A stretch of DNA of 64,000 bases from assembly GCF_001194135.2 (NCBI RefSeq), contig NC_068981.1:177336166-177400165 (forward strand). The letters are read 5' to 3'. Origin of the DNA: Octopus bimaculoides (Eukaryota). Below, piece after piece: positions 24,185 to 35,895 of this stretch. Positions within the stretch are counted from its first letter, which is position 1; each line of letters starts with the position of its first letter. The notes under the pieces were generated by a model that worked only from the letters and a program-made list of their open reading frames with translations, ran no database searches and was not told the origin of the DNA. The position numbers and the translations under genes are program-made.

Positions 24185-27100
24185 TGATATCCTATTAGGT
24201 CAATGTCTGAAACTTTTTAAACACAGAACTCACAATAACATTACCAGCAGCTTTATATTTTCATAGACTAAGCTTATAAAATAGAAATATTTCTTCAATA
24301 AAATAAACCTTTAATGATAAATAGAAATCAGTTCTATTAAAAAAAAAATTAAAATCTGCTATAATGATATAGGACAGTTTAAAATTGTAGAGAAAGCAGT
24401 CACTCATTTGTAATTTAGACCTTCATGTGTACACTCACATCTGCAAGTTACAAAATCTCAGATTGTTGAGAAAAGAAAATTTGATGATACTCATACTTTT
24501 GTCAGAAGAAGTAAAATTACCCACAATTCAAATCAGAGCTTCACAAAAAAATTTGTATCTAAATGAAGCACACTTTATTTGCTAGAAATTACTGAGTGTG
24601 AAATCTTATTCATATGATATTATGTAGAGTAGAAAAAACATTATTTTTGGATATTTATTATATCTGAAATTGTTTTGTGTATGTGTGCAAAATTATAATT
24701 TGTCTTTTGTTAAATATATAAAACAATTAGATAAATTGTAATTTTGGAGGATTATCTTTTTAATTGATTATATGCGTAATTTATACTTGATGACTCATTC
24801 ATAACAAAGCATTGACCACTACCCGGAAAAGGTCTGGCCAAGAACCAATAACAATTAATAACAGCCTCATGACTATGTTTCAACTAAACAGGAGATAGGA
24901 AGAGGGGCTGTGAAATATTTATGAATGTATTCAGGAACATAAGGATATGGTTCTACTAGTTTACTTCTCATCAATTTATTTTAAAGTAAAAAGAAAATCA
25001 GACGCAGAGCATAAAATGCTAGACTATTAAATGATAGAATGAAACAATTCACAACAGCTAAATCTTACGTCTGAAATTCTGATTTAATTCTGAATGAAAT
25101 CAAAATATCTATTGCATCACATTCATACTGCATGTAGGTGTCTATGTATGTTGGTGTACATATGTTACAGCAATTAGCATTATAAACAATACTTCTCCTA
25201 GATTACAGAAATTGCACTAGCACTAAACCTGATTAATGCTGTAATGGGTGACTTTCAGAAATTCCCATATGGATTCTAATTGGGTGTTAATCTTCTGTAG
25301 ATTATACAACTGTAGTAGTATTCCATGTGCTATCATATGGACAATTGCAAAACAATTACAGCAATATGTCATTGACAAAAGAAAAACACAACACTCACAA
25401 AACACATACTTATATCACTCTTTAGTGGCATGAAACAAATAAATCAATGAAAGCTTGCAAAATTTTCCTTTCGGGTAATATGAACTGACTAATTACAGGG
25501 ATTAAAATGGAAATAAGGTTGTTTTTTTTTAAATGAAAATTTCTGCATACAGTTTCTAAAGTGGGAATAATTTATAAACAGTTTTTTTTTTTTAACTGCA
25601 ACTGTAATTAACTAATTACATTATATCAGCTACATAGTGTCAGCTGACTGTCATCCATTAACATCATTATCACCATTGATTTGTTGTTTACTTTTTATAT
25701 ACCTGTCTCATCCATGTTTGTCAAGGTCGTCTATTATTTGTGTGAGATGAGACTGAATTCAGAGTAACATTGTTTGGAATGAATGACAAGACAGGAAATA
25801 GGCAGATATAGAATAGTGGTTCAGTAGTTTGAATAGAATTGGCCAGTCATGGATAGACAAGTTGTTTGTGTTTGAGGTCTTAGTTTTTTTGTTTGGTAAA
25901 TAGTTTTGTGAGATGTGCAGCTTTAACTTAGTGAATTTGTTTGGGATATGCTGTATGGCTGGTGTATATTGTACTGGGAAATAAGGGCTGGTTCACTGAG
26001 CCTGCAGCTGGCCTAGCTGGTTGGCAGCTGGCCATAAGTAGCAACTGGAACAGAATTAATTACTCACCTTTTCATAATTATTAAAAAAAAAAATTTTTTT
26101 TTAAATAAGCTCTGTATATGTGTTAGTATTAACATGTGTACTTTTATACGTGTGTTTATAGATATTTTAAAGATTTGTATATGTGTATATTGTTAGTACC
26201 TGCCTGCTCATATCTGTATAAAAGCACATGCATTTGTGTGCATGATTTTGTATTTTCTCATATATTTTTTGTAACAAAAGATTTTTTTTTTCTATATTCA
26301 ACAATTTACAATAATATGAAGTAGAATTCTTTAAAAAATATAATTGTCCTTGCACCTAGACAGTGTTTAGAATGGCGTGACAAGATGACTAATGAAAATC
26401 AAAAGTTTTTGTCAATTAAAGATGGCTATACTATCATGATCAGGATAGGTCTGTAATTTTGCATTTTTCAGTGCATCTTGTTCATAAAGGTAATGTATTA
26501 AGATCTGATCAAATAATTTTTTCTCTTCACAGTTATTTTTCTTCTTCTTTGGGTCTGCCCTACTAATTAATGTATTATAAATATCTTTTTCAGTTCTAGT
26601 AGCATTAAGTGAAAGATAGTTAAATCTTCTCCTAGCTAGAACACTGGTCTATTGCAGCTAGCTTTCTCTACAGAAGGGATCAAACTTGGTACTGCAAGTG
26701 AAGAACAAATCACTCACCAAGGCCACAGCATATCTAGTTAAAGATTGACCTATAACCACACAGAATACCAGTGACAAAATATTAAACATCAGCCTCTTGT
26801 TTGATAATATTATCAATGCAGTCAGTCCTCTACTTTTTCATTAGCCTTACTTAAGCAAGACATTTGTTTTATAAAACTATGTTGAAAGAATACCACTATC
26901 AAACTGGGTGATATTTTCAGTAGACAAAGTTCAGTTTCAATCTGGAACCAATTCAATTAAATCCCTAAATTTTAAAGATTACCCCAAATGATCTGAATCT
27001 TTATATCTATGTAAAAAAAAAAAAAAATCATTATATTCTAATATTAATTGTACTTATTATATACTATAGTTTTCTATAATGTTACCATAACAGACAGAAT

Positions 27101-29105
27101 ATGTGCCAATCTAGTTTGTAAAAATATAATTGGTCAACAAGTTTAAATAGATCAAGTTAAATCTAGTTTACAATGTTTGACTCCTGCCAGACCGAGCATT
27201 CAATAACAAGTAAGCTATTTACAATATCCAATTACCATATGAATTGCACAGAAAACTTAATGGTTTGAACACTGAGATTTTGTGGGGAAAATCCATAAAA
27301 TAAACTATTTTAAAATGCTTGAGAAAAAGTAATTATTAAATTATTTTTAATAGTGACAAGCCAGGCAGCAATTGTGAGGCATTACAAATGTACATTACCA
27401 GAAGATAAATAATGGGGGAAGTGAGAAAAGCATAACTTACATGTTAATCAACATATTCATGAAATCTCTTTGGGGGCATTCTAGCATCAATAATCTCAAT
27501 ATTAAAAATTTGTTTGTTTATTTTGTCTAATATTTTACAGAATACCCTTAAACTAAGATGGACACCAGTATTATTGTGTGGTGTCAAGGACAATCCTGTC
27601 AAAACTATAACACTATCTGCTTGCTATTGTGTTCAGCATTCTGAGTCATGGCCAACACAGAATCATGGATATGATATTCCCAAAGGGATGAGAGAATGAG
27701 CTGATGAAAATGGTGCAGCTATGTGGATGATGTGTTCGTTCTATCGAAGTATGCATGGCAATATTATGACAAATACAGTTACAGCCAGCTTTCTTTTGTT
27801 TAGTAATATTTTATTTTCTCTTGAGATATGAGAGGCTTCACAGCAAATTGATTCTATTGTCATGTCACTTGCCTATTGCATATTAACAAATGATATTGGG
27901 ATATCTTTTGAAATCTTTAAACAGTTATCAATCTTTCAAGAAATATTTCCTATTTGTGATTATAGAGAAAGTGTGTGTATGGATTTTAAAAGGATTCTTG
28001 TAATCAGATTTGTTAAACAAAAAAATGTAATGCTATCTCAATTATTACTAAACTATTTTGTAATTATTATAATTGTAAGTAATACTATTACAATCTTAAT
28101 TATACTGGTAAATTTTAAGTAATGTGCTATAGTTTTTATTGTATTTTATTTTTGTGTGAGCTGAAAACATGATATAAGAATGGCTCTAAAAGCAATAAAT
28201 TCTCACTATTATAACTGCTTAGAAAGTACCAAGCTTCAAATTCCATTTATTTATGTATTTTTAATATATACAATAGAATTATATCTATAAAGTGAATATG
28301 CTTAACATTAAAATGATTGACTTTATATAAAGTTTATGCATTTTTCACTACAAGTTAGTGGAAATTTATATAACTTACAAAGATACTAAACTCGTGTTAG
28401 TTATTAAAGGTAACAAGATGATTACTGATTTTGGAAGTCTTATGACATTTCAACAACAAAAATATCATCCTGTCTAAAATCCAGACAATTGTGCCAAGTA
28501 AAATTTTACTTTTAAGTACTTTAAAATACTAAAATTCAAAGTCTATTTGTTGGTGTGTTCTACAATTTTAGCTAAAACAACCCACTGTGGCAATAAAATG
28601 TTCTGACAATTATACTATTTAACACAAGGCCTTTTGCCTAAAATAAATTTCAGTTCATTTCTGGGCCTGGAATTCTAAAAATTGAAAAATGTTGTTAATT
28701 ATTGTATCAACATGGTAAAGTAATTTTCAGCCATCCATGAACTAAAGACAACTCATCATGTCAACATACATTCTAACTCATTCACCAACAACTATACAAA
28801 CATATTGATGGAAAAAGAAGGGGAGAAATTACTTCATTTTAATCCAATTCCTGTCTTTGAGACAGACTGACAGAAACAGCAACTCATTTTTTTTTCCACT
28901 ATTGGTTATGTTTTTTTTTTTTCTTTGTTCATAAAAAATGATGGCGCTTCCTCATTTCCAAGGGCCTTATGAAAGTGAAAATATTTATTTTGTCAGTAGA
29001 TGTTTCTAGGTCAAAAAGTGCAAGTCTTATTTATGAGAAAAGGAAGGACGGGGAGGAAGTGAAAGTGTTTTATGGGCTATTATTTTAATGCTTGACATGA
29101 CATAC

Positions 29106-29151
29106 ACCCAACAATGCATGAGCTCAATGGATTGTACATGAAATAGTTTTC
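29106..29151 (-). CDS. Candidate 46-nt internal exon
   Basis: Acceptor catttttcctag and donor GT|gtatgt. Phase 0 is open (ENYFMYNPLSSCIVG) and compatible with the phase-0 end of the 33.3-kb exon. No homology recognised. Confidence 0.3.
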
Positions 29152-30326
29152 CTAGGAAAAATGTTTTTGCAATGACAATTTCTTATGACAAACTCGCTTG
29201 CTACACCTCCACAGTTATTCACCAGCCTGATGCAGGTCCTCTCTAAGCTTTACATCCTCATCACAACTAGAACAAACTCATTTACAAGGGAAAAAATCCA
29301 TATCTTTTGAAGAAATTATTTGTTTTTTGTATTTACTTTTAATTATTCTAACTCTTCAATTAACCTAAATTCGATACCTAAGTAGTTAATAGCCATGCTT
29401 TTCTCATATTAATTAGAATTTGATAAATATATTTGGATACAGCTTCAAATATGACAACATGACATTGGATGCTTTAAGTATCCACCCAACACTTTCTAGT
29501 TCACAGTTTTATTTTCATTCCTTAGTAATTTCATTTTGTAGAAAACAACTCCCAATTTCTGACTTGGAAACACTTTACTTTTTGACAAATCAAATATTTC
29601 ACTTTCTTGGAGCCCTGGATATATAAAGAAGCACTGAAATGTCTTATTTTCAGTAATACTAGCTTTAATATAACATTGTTTTTAACAGTGGTGTTATAAA
29701 TAGTGAGTTATATATAAGTTCTTAATCACACAAATACATTTGTCTCTATATTAACTGACATAATTTCATATGAATTTTATATACATTAAATTATTGGTAC
29801 ATTTGCACAATATGAACTCTGTCTTTTTTTATTAATATTTTCTACTTCCCATTTCAGAGTATAGTATACAATCAGTACTAACATTTTCATTGTCTTTTTC
29901 TCCAAAACGTTTTTAACCTTTTTAGATTTGTTAAACAAAGACAATAATAATCTTGTTCAGAAAAATTCAGTTTCTAGTTATGGTTACAGTAAGTGTTTAT
30001 GGTTAAGATTAACAGTAAGAGCTAGATTTTAGGGATAGGGGGAAATATAGTTTTTTGGAACCACAATCATAATCTGCAATGTTTAAAATACAGGAATATG
30101 AAAACATATTCTAAATAAATTTTAAAATTTGAGAATTGCAGAAAGGAAGATGCTGTATATTGTATATCAACATGCATGTATATGCAGTGAGTGAGTGAGA
30201 GAGAGAGTGAGTGAGAGTAAATTATACTGGCTGCATTGTCATGGCTGGAATGGCATTGTGATATTGTGATGTTCATTTTACAACAGATACAGGAAGGTGG
30301 GTGCTTTACGCAAAACTCTATCACAT

Positions 30327-30391
<65 letters not shown>

Positions 30392-30557
30392 NNNNNNNNN
30401 NNNNNNNNNNNNNNNNNNNNNNNNNNNNNNNNNNNNNNNNNNNNNNNNNNNNNNNNNNNNNNNNNNNNNNNNNNNNNNNNNNNNNNNNNNNNNNNNNNNN
30501 NNNNNNNNNNNNNNNNNNNNNNNNNNNNNNNNNNNNNNNNNNNNNNNNNNNNNNNNN

Positions 30558-30727
30558 TACGAACAGATGATGAACACACAGAACAACCATTGGCTTGCCG
30601 TGTCCCCAAAACATGTAGCAAGAGTAACAAAAAAAAAACATCCAGTCAACATCATGATGTTTGGAGTGATCACTAGTGATGGTGATGTTATGCCTCCATT
30701 CATCTTTCCACATGGCCTCAGACTCAA
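30558..30727 (+). mobile_element. Tc1/mariner-superfamily transposase fragment (catalytic-domain region)
   Basis: EQMMNTQNNHWLAVSPKHVARVTKKKHPVNIMMFGVITSDGDVMPPFIFPHGLRLNT matches the recalled ..K.P..MV.G..S.G..P..F..G..N segment. The 5' part is in the gap. Confidence 0.8.
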
Positions 30728-32552
30728 TACATATATATTAAAAGTATACAGACCATTTTGTCATGGTTAGGGTGACAGCACTGTGATTTAGTTTTTTTTT
30801 TTTTTTTCCTTTACAGTGAATTAATTATTGATGTGTGAGTAATATTTTAAGAATTAAAAACAAAAAAATGTACGTCAGAAATGATATACACATTATGCTC
30901 AAAAATATAAAATTTATGCAGAGTAACAATGATTCTTATTCAAAAGATTGTCCATCAACTGTATTCTTTATTTCTGGGACAATGCTGGGTATACTTCTAG
31001 TGCTAACATTTATTACCTAAGTTACATAGAGAATTAATTTATCAAAATATTTGCTTTGTCCAGACACCAGATATATTTGGTCTGACTCATTAGCAACAAA
31101 ACAACAAATATCCCTAAAATATTAGCTATTGTGTGGTCAGGCAAACTGTAATGCAGTGTTGTATTAGCTACCTCTCATTGCTAAGGGATATAACCCAGTC
31201 CCCTACCCAATCAATAATTTACAAACAATAAATATACATCATTATTTGGTTCAACTGAGTTTTAAAAAAAAGATTAAAAAATCTGAATTATAACAAGTGT
31301 GGCACTCTTCAAAGAAAAAAAAGTATTTAAAATTACATAAGCAAATATGAATGCATAAATATATTTAATAAGTGTCAACATAATTGTGTAGTTAAGAAGT
31401 TTATTTTACAATCACATGGTTTTTATCTTGATCACTGTGCTAGTATCTTCTACTATAACCTCAATCATGTTGAGCTGCTCAGAACCTCATGAATGGAATT
31501 TTGTAGAGTGAAATATGCAGAAGCCTGTTGCATGTGTGTGTGTGTTCTGTACCTGCTTTTCCCATGCTGCTACGGGTTGGACACAAGTTTTACTAAGGTA
31601 GCATTCTATGACCAGATACCTTTCTTATTGCCAACCCTTAACGGTTTTTCAAGTAAGGTATTTATATTCCGTTTCTCTTCACACTTTGAAACTGACAAAG
31701 CTGCCACATACAAGACGTATTGTTTACAGATGTTAATGTAACATCACTGTTGCTCCAACAGTGTTAAATGTGAAGATACATGGAAATAAACATTCACACA
31801 CACACAATAGGCTTCTGTATCGTTTTTGCCAAAGTGCCACACAGTGGGAAGGAACCTAAAATCAGGTGGTTGAACGGTGAAATGTATACCAACACACCTA
31901 TGTCTGTGCTCATGCCTCATGCTCACATGCACACATACACATATGCACATACATGTGTGCATGCATGTTTGCATGTAGCAGACTGAAATAATTACTGGGG
32001 TTGGTATGATTAAGTCAACCCTCAAAGGAAGAAAATAAGCAAAAAATATAGCATGTTTCGATTGAATGATGAGAAGCAGCTTTACATTGTGTGTATGTGT
32101 ATGACTATGTTATACAATAAGGTTTCCCAAGTACACATTTACATTCAAAATAGGTGACAGATTAACTCATTTTAAGAGTCTATTGATCATTTATGCATTC
32201 TCAATTGAAATCATTATATAGATTCAGTCCTGGTTAGCTTTAATTACCACCAACAAAATTTTTTTAAATTATGAAACCAGTTTACAATTAACCCTTTCAT
32301 TGTTATATTTCTATTGAAATAAGCTGCCTTTTAGTCAATTAATTTTGAAAACAACAAAGAATTTAGTAAAATAGTTCAGAGCGAGTTCAACTGTTTATGG
32401 CATGACCTCTAAGTAGTAGTAGTAGTAGTAGTAGTACACATAAAAAAAACACCTTTACAAAGTAAAGGTTAAGTTTATTCCTATAAGGCTTATTATACCA
32501 CAAAAGTAACTTGAATTGTTTAAATTAGAATGTATAAGTCAACATTTGATTT

Positions 32553-32960
32553 TGCTTGTGTGGTAAGAAGCTTGCTTCCCAACCACATGATTCTGGGTTC
32601 AGTCCCTCTGTGTGGCACCTTGGGCAAGTGTCTTTCACTATAGCCTCGGGTTAACCAAAGCCTTGTGAGTGGATTTGGTAGACAGAAACTGAGAAGAAAC
32701 CTGTCTTGTATATATATATGTATGTATGTATATTTATGTATGTGTATTTATGTCTGTGTTTGCCCCCCCCCCCCCATCGTTTGACAACCAATGTTGGTGT
32801 GTTTGTCTCCATAACTTGGTGGTTTAGCAAAAGAGACCGATAGAATAAGGATCAGGCTTACAAAGAATAAATCCTGGGGTTGATTTCGTTGACTCAAAGG
32901 CGATGTTCCAGCATGGCCACAGTCAAATGACTGAAACAAGTAAAAGAATAAAAGAATATA
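32553..32960 (+). mobile_element. SINE family B
   Basis: GTGTGGTAAGAAGCTTGCTTCCCAACCACATGATTCTGGGTTCAGTCCC head, central (TA/TG)n, 3' TGACTGAAACAAGTAAAAGAATA. Homologous to 59002, with CpG decay. Confidence 0.9.
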
Positions 32961-33336
32961 AAAGTTTTGTTTTAAGTGTTACATCATTTGTCTATTTCTT
33001 TTTTTTCTTTTCATTTGCAAAGGAATTAAGTCTATAATTACTTAGAAACTCAAGTTTTTATCTCAATTACCTATTGAGTAATTCACTATTGAAAATGTTA
33101 AATTTTTCTATTAATTACAGGTGCAATTTTGATTGATAAAAATTTGTGCAGGGGATGGTATTACTTAGTATCTTGCATATATATGTTAGTCCCCATGTAA
33201 TTGAAAGTAAACTGAGTTTAGCACCACTTCAAATTTCATTCATATATTCTTTAAAAAAAGAAACAGATCTAGTCTTGTAAGTCATTCATTTAACAAATAA
33301 AAGCATCTTCTCTACTAAATGTATTGAGTACTTTAC

Positions 33337-33497
33337 TTTAATTGTGTCATCTCTCCACCTTATTCCAAACTGTCTAGAACTCCTTAAATTGAATGACTGT
33401 CTAGAACTCCTTAAATTGAATGTCTGTCTAGAACTCCTTAAATTGAATGACTGTCTAAAACTCTTTAAATTGAATGACTGTCTAGAACTCCTTAAAT
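33337..33497 (-). CDS. Candidate coding exon containing the 27-bp repeat (xFNLRSSRQ)n
   Basis: ggttgtag|ATTTAAGG acceptor (weak pyrimidine tract) and AAA|gtaaag donor. 161 nt, phase 1 to 0, open: (N)LRSSRQSFNLKSFRQSFNLRSSRQTFNLRSSRQSFNLRSSRQFGIRWRDDTIK. The junction with the upstream exon rebuilds a repeat unit. Confidence 0.4.
33369..33497. repeat. 27-bp minisatellite, about 4.8 copies
   Basis: Unit ACTGTCTAGAACTCCTTAAATTGAATG, with only three substitutions among copies. Confidence 0.97.
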
Positions 33498-34089
33498 CTA
33501 CAACCCTGCACTTTACTCTCAAGAACTACAAAGTTTGAAATAAGCCTAAGAGACTTAATAACCCAAGAAAACTAGACATAGAACCATAATATCAGAATTG
33601 TAGAGAATAATCATGTAAAAAGCTTTTCTAAACAAATGTCTAGAAGCTAGGGATGGTTGCATATCATGTGAATGCATCAAGAACAGGAAATAGCAAATTT
33701 ACAGTCAATAAGAAGTAATATGATATGCCATCAAACACATGAGTGATGTTATGAAAATTATTTATCAACAATTAAAAAATGTAGATCTTAATTGCCAATA
33801 ATTCATTTCTTCTTTAAAAAGGTAACTGAAGTTAGCAGCAATGGACTCCATACCCTACATTATTAATTATCATTTTCATTGCACTACATTGCAACTTCAA
33901 ATCCAGCTGAGATTGATAGCTTTTGTTCCTCTGAGGTTAGGATTGATAAAATAAATGGTAGTAATATATTAAGCACTGACTTTAAAAGTCTGGTTATGGT
34001 TTACTTATGGTTTGGGACTTATTCCCAAAGTGCAACACTTTGAGCAAGTGTCTTCTCCCATGACCTCAGGTTGACAAAGCCATCAAAGC

Positions 34090-34350
34090 TTCTATCCATT
34101 CTTGGGGAGTAGACTTAATCTGTTGCCTAGTTTCACACCCAGCCCTTGGGTACCTCTAGCAGAGCCCATTCTGTTGCAAACATTCAGGCCAAATCTCTGA
34201 TCTGGGGATAATTTCCAATATAACTGCCTCTCCTGCACATAACTGGATAATATCTTTGATAGATACCTCTGCCATGCCTTTCAGATGACTTAATGTTGCA
34301 CATTCACTTCCTATTTCACTGATATGCAACATCACACTCCTTGCACATAG
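34090..34350 (-). mobile_element. Possible decayed RTE RT C-terminal fragment
   Basis: Minus frame VMLHISEIGSE... resembles RTE MLHGSETW; the remainder is heavily degraded. Confidence 0.35.
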
Positions 34351-34421
34351 TCAAGTATTGGGGTTGATGATATCAACTAATTCTCTTCTCTCAAAATTAC
34401 TGGCTTTGAGCCAAAATCATT

Positions 34422-34706
34422 ATTATTATTGAGTGAGAGAGCAGTGCATGCCATCAAAGTGACACTGGGGTAAAATATACAAAGCCCAGTATACCCATCA
34501 TGACTACCCGTCTGATAAGGGTACACCAGGCACATGCATCACAACCATGTGTGCGTGACAGGGTGATCTCATATCACGATAAACAGCGCATGATCTCACA
34601 GGTGGGGCCCAGTTAGAATTTTCTTCAGGTTGAGTAGCCCATCCAGCTCAAAAGATCTCTGAATAAGGTTTGTTTAAGGATGTTGAGCAAAACACCCATG
34701 TTTCCA
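34422..34706 (-). mobile_element. 3' end of a non-LTR retroelement with (AAT)n tail
   Basis: Starts with ATTATTATTATTGAGTGAGAGAGCAGTGCATGCC (reverse complement ends in an AAT tail). GC-richer body recalled as an abundant octopus repeat; family not assigned. Confidence 0.55.
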
Positions 34707-34717
34707 TATTATTATTA

Positions 34718-34935
34718 TCTAAGGCAGTGAGCTAGCAAAATCATTAATGCACCAGACAAAATGCTTAGCAGCATTTCACCCATCTTTACATTCTGAATTC
34801 AAACTCCACAAAGGTCGACTTTACTTTTCATCCTTTCAGCGTTGATAAAATAAGTACCAGATTAGCATTGGGGTTGATGTAATTGACTTAACACCTCTCC
34901 TATACTAGCTGGCCTTGCACCAAAGTTTGAAATTA
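34718..34935 (+). mobile_element. SINE family A, CpG-decayed copy
   Basis: AGGCAGTGAGCTAGCAAAATCATTAATGCACCAGAC versus consensus AGGCGGCGAGCTGGCAGAATCGTTAGCACGCCGGGC. Confidence 0.85.
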
Positions 34936-35757
34936 TTATTATTGTTCTTCTTCTTGTTCATGCTTTTATTTATCTGTTTCATAAATGTGAGAAATTGAAA
35001 AATATCTTGATCAGAAATAACTACACCAATGATCCCTTAACCCTATTGATTTTGAAGGAGGAGTAATTCTTTATCTGGAAAAGATATACTGGGGTGTATT
35101 CTGATTACCTCCTCATGTAGAAGGATTTAAACTGCACTTCAGGTTAGAAAAGCACTTGGCTGTAATAGGACAGTGAGCTATAATTCTTTATAAAGTTTAT
35201 TCACAGCTTGCTGGACTATTGTTCTATTGATTTTTATGTGTTTTCACAAAGAGACAAAACACAGCTCTATTGAACAGGACACAAATCTTGAACTGTTATT
35301 CCGATGACTAGCACTAGTGATTTAAAGTTCTACTTTTCATATTTCTTGAAACTTGTTTTTCAATTAGATAATCTTAAGCTGTTGATTTATTTATTTATTT
35401 CTAATCAGAAATAGAGATGATCACTACAGCTAAATTTGATCTACCAGTTATATTTTTCTTAACATTTAAAAAAAAGGTTTTGAAAATGAATAAATATTAT
35501 CATTTGTTAATGACAAAATCTTTATTGTTGTAAATCATCCCTACACACAACAAAATATCTACCTCAGTTATGATTCAAATGAGTTTCTACAAATTTTCAT
35601 TTCAAATTTAAAACCTCACAACTTAATTATGCTTTAAGAATATAGTACACTGAGCTTGTGACAATAGTACTGATAATGACATTATCATTGATAAAACAGG
35701 TAATAGATTAACTAAAGGGAACACATGACTCATGCATTGGGCAGAAATAAAACTTAC

Positions 35758-35895
35758 TGAATACAGTAGCTTGGTGGCCATTGCTCTCGTGTGTGAACTC
35801 TGCCAATGCAATCTGTATGTAAACAAACCAGCATGTACACCTGATGACATATTTCACACTTAACATTCAAGAAACTGATTAGCTTTTTGTTTTAC
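35758..35895 (-). CDS. Putative start-codon exon encoding a signal peptide (ATG at 35866)
   Basis: Acceptor ctctttcctctgtcag and donor TCA|gtaagt are both strong. All frames are closed before the ATG (5' UTR). It then reads MLSVKYVIRCTCWFVYIQIALA-EFTHESNGHQATVF: basic n-region, hydrophobic core, A-L-A cleavage motif. Ends in phase 1. Confidence 0.55.

Noticed and set aside
33369-33497. CRISPR-like array
   Set aside because: Direct tandem repeats without spacers, in a eukaryotic genome with no cas genes.
33344-33538. Plus-strand ORF with LRR-like CLELLKLND repeats
   Set aside because: It is the antisense reading of the 27-bp minisatellite. There is no supporting plus-strand splice context, and 9-aa spacing does not fit an LRR.
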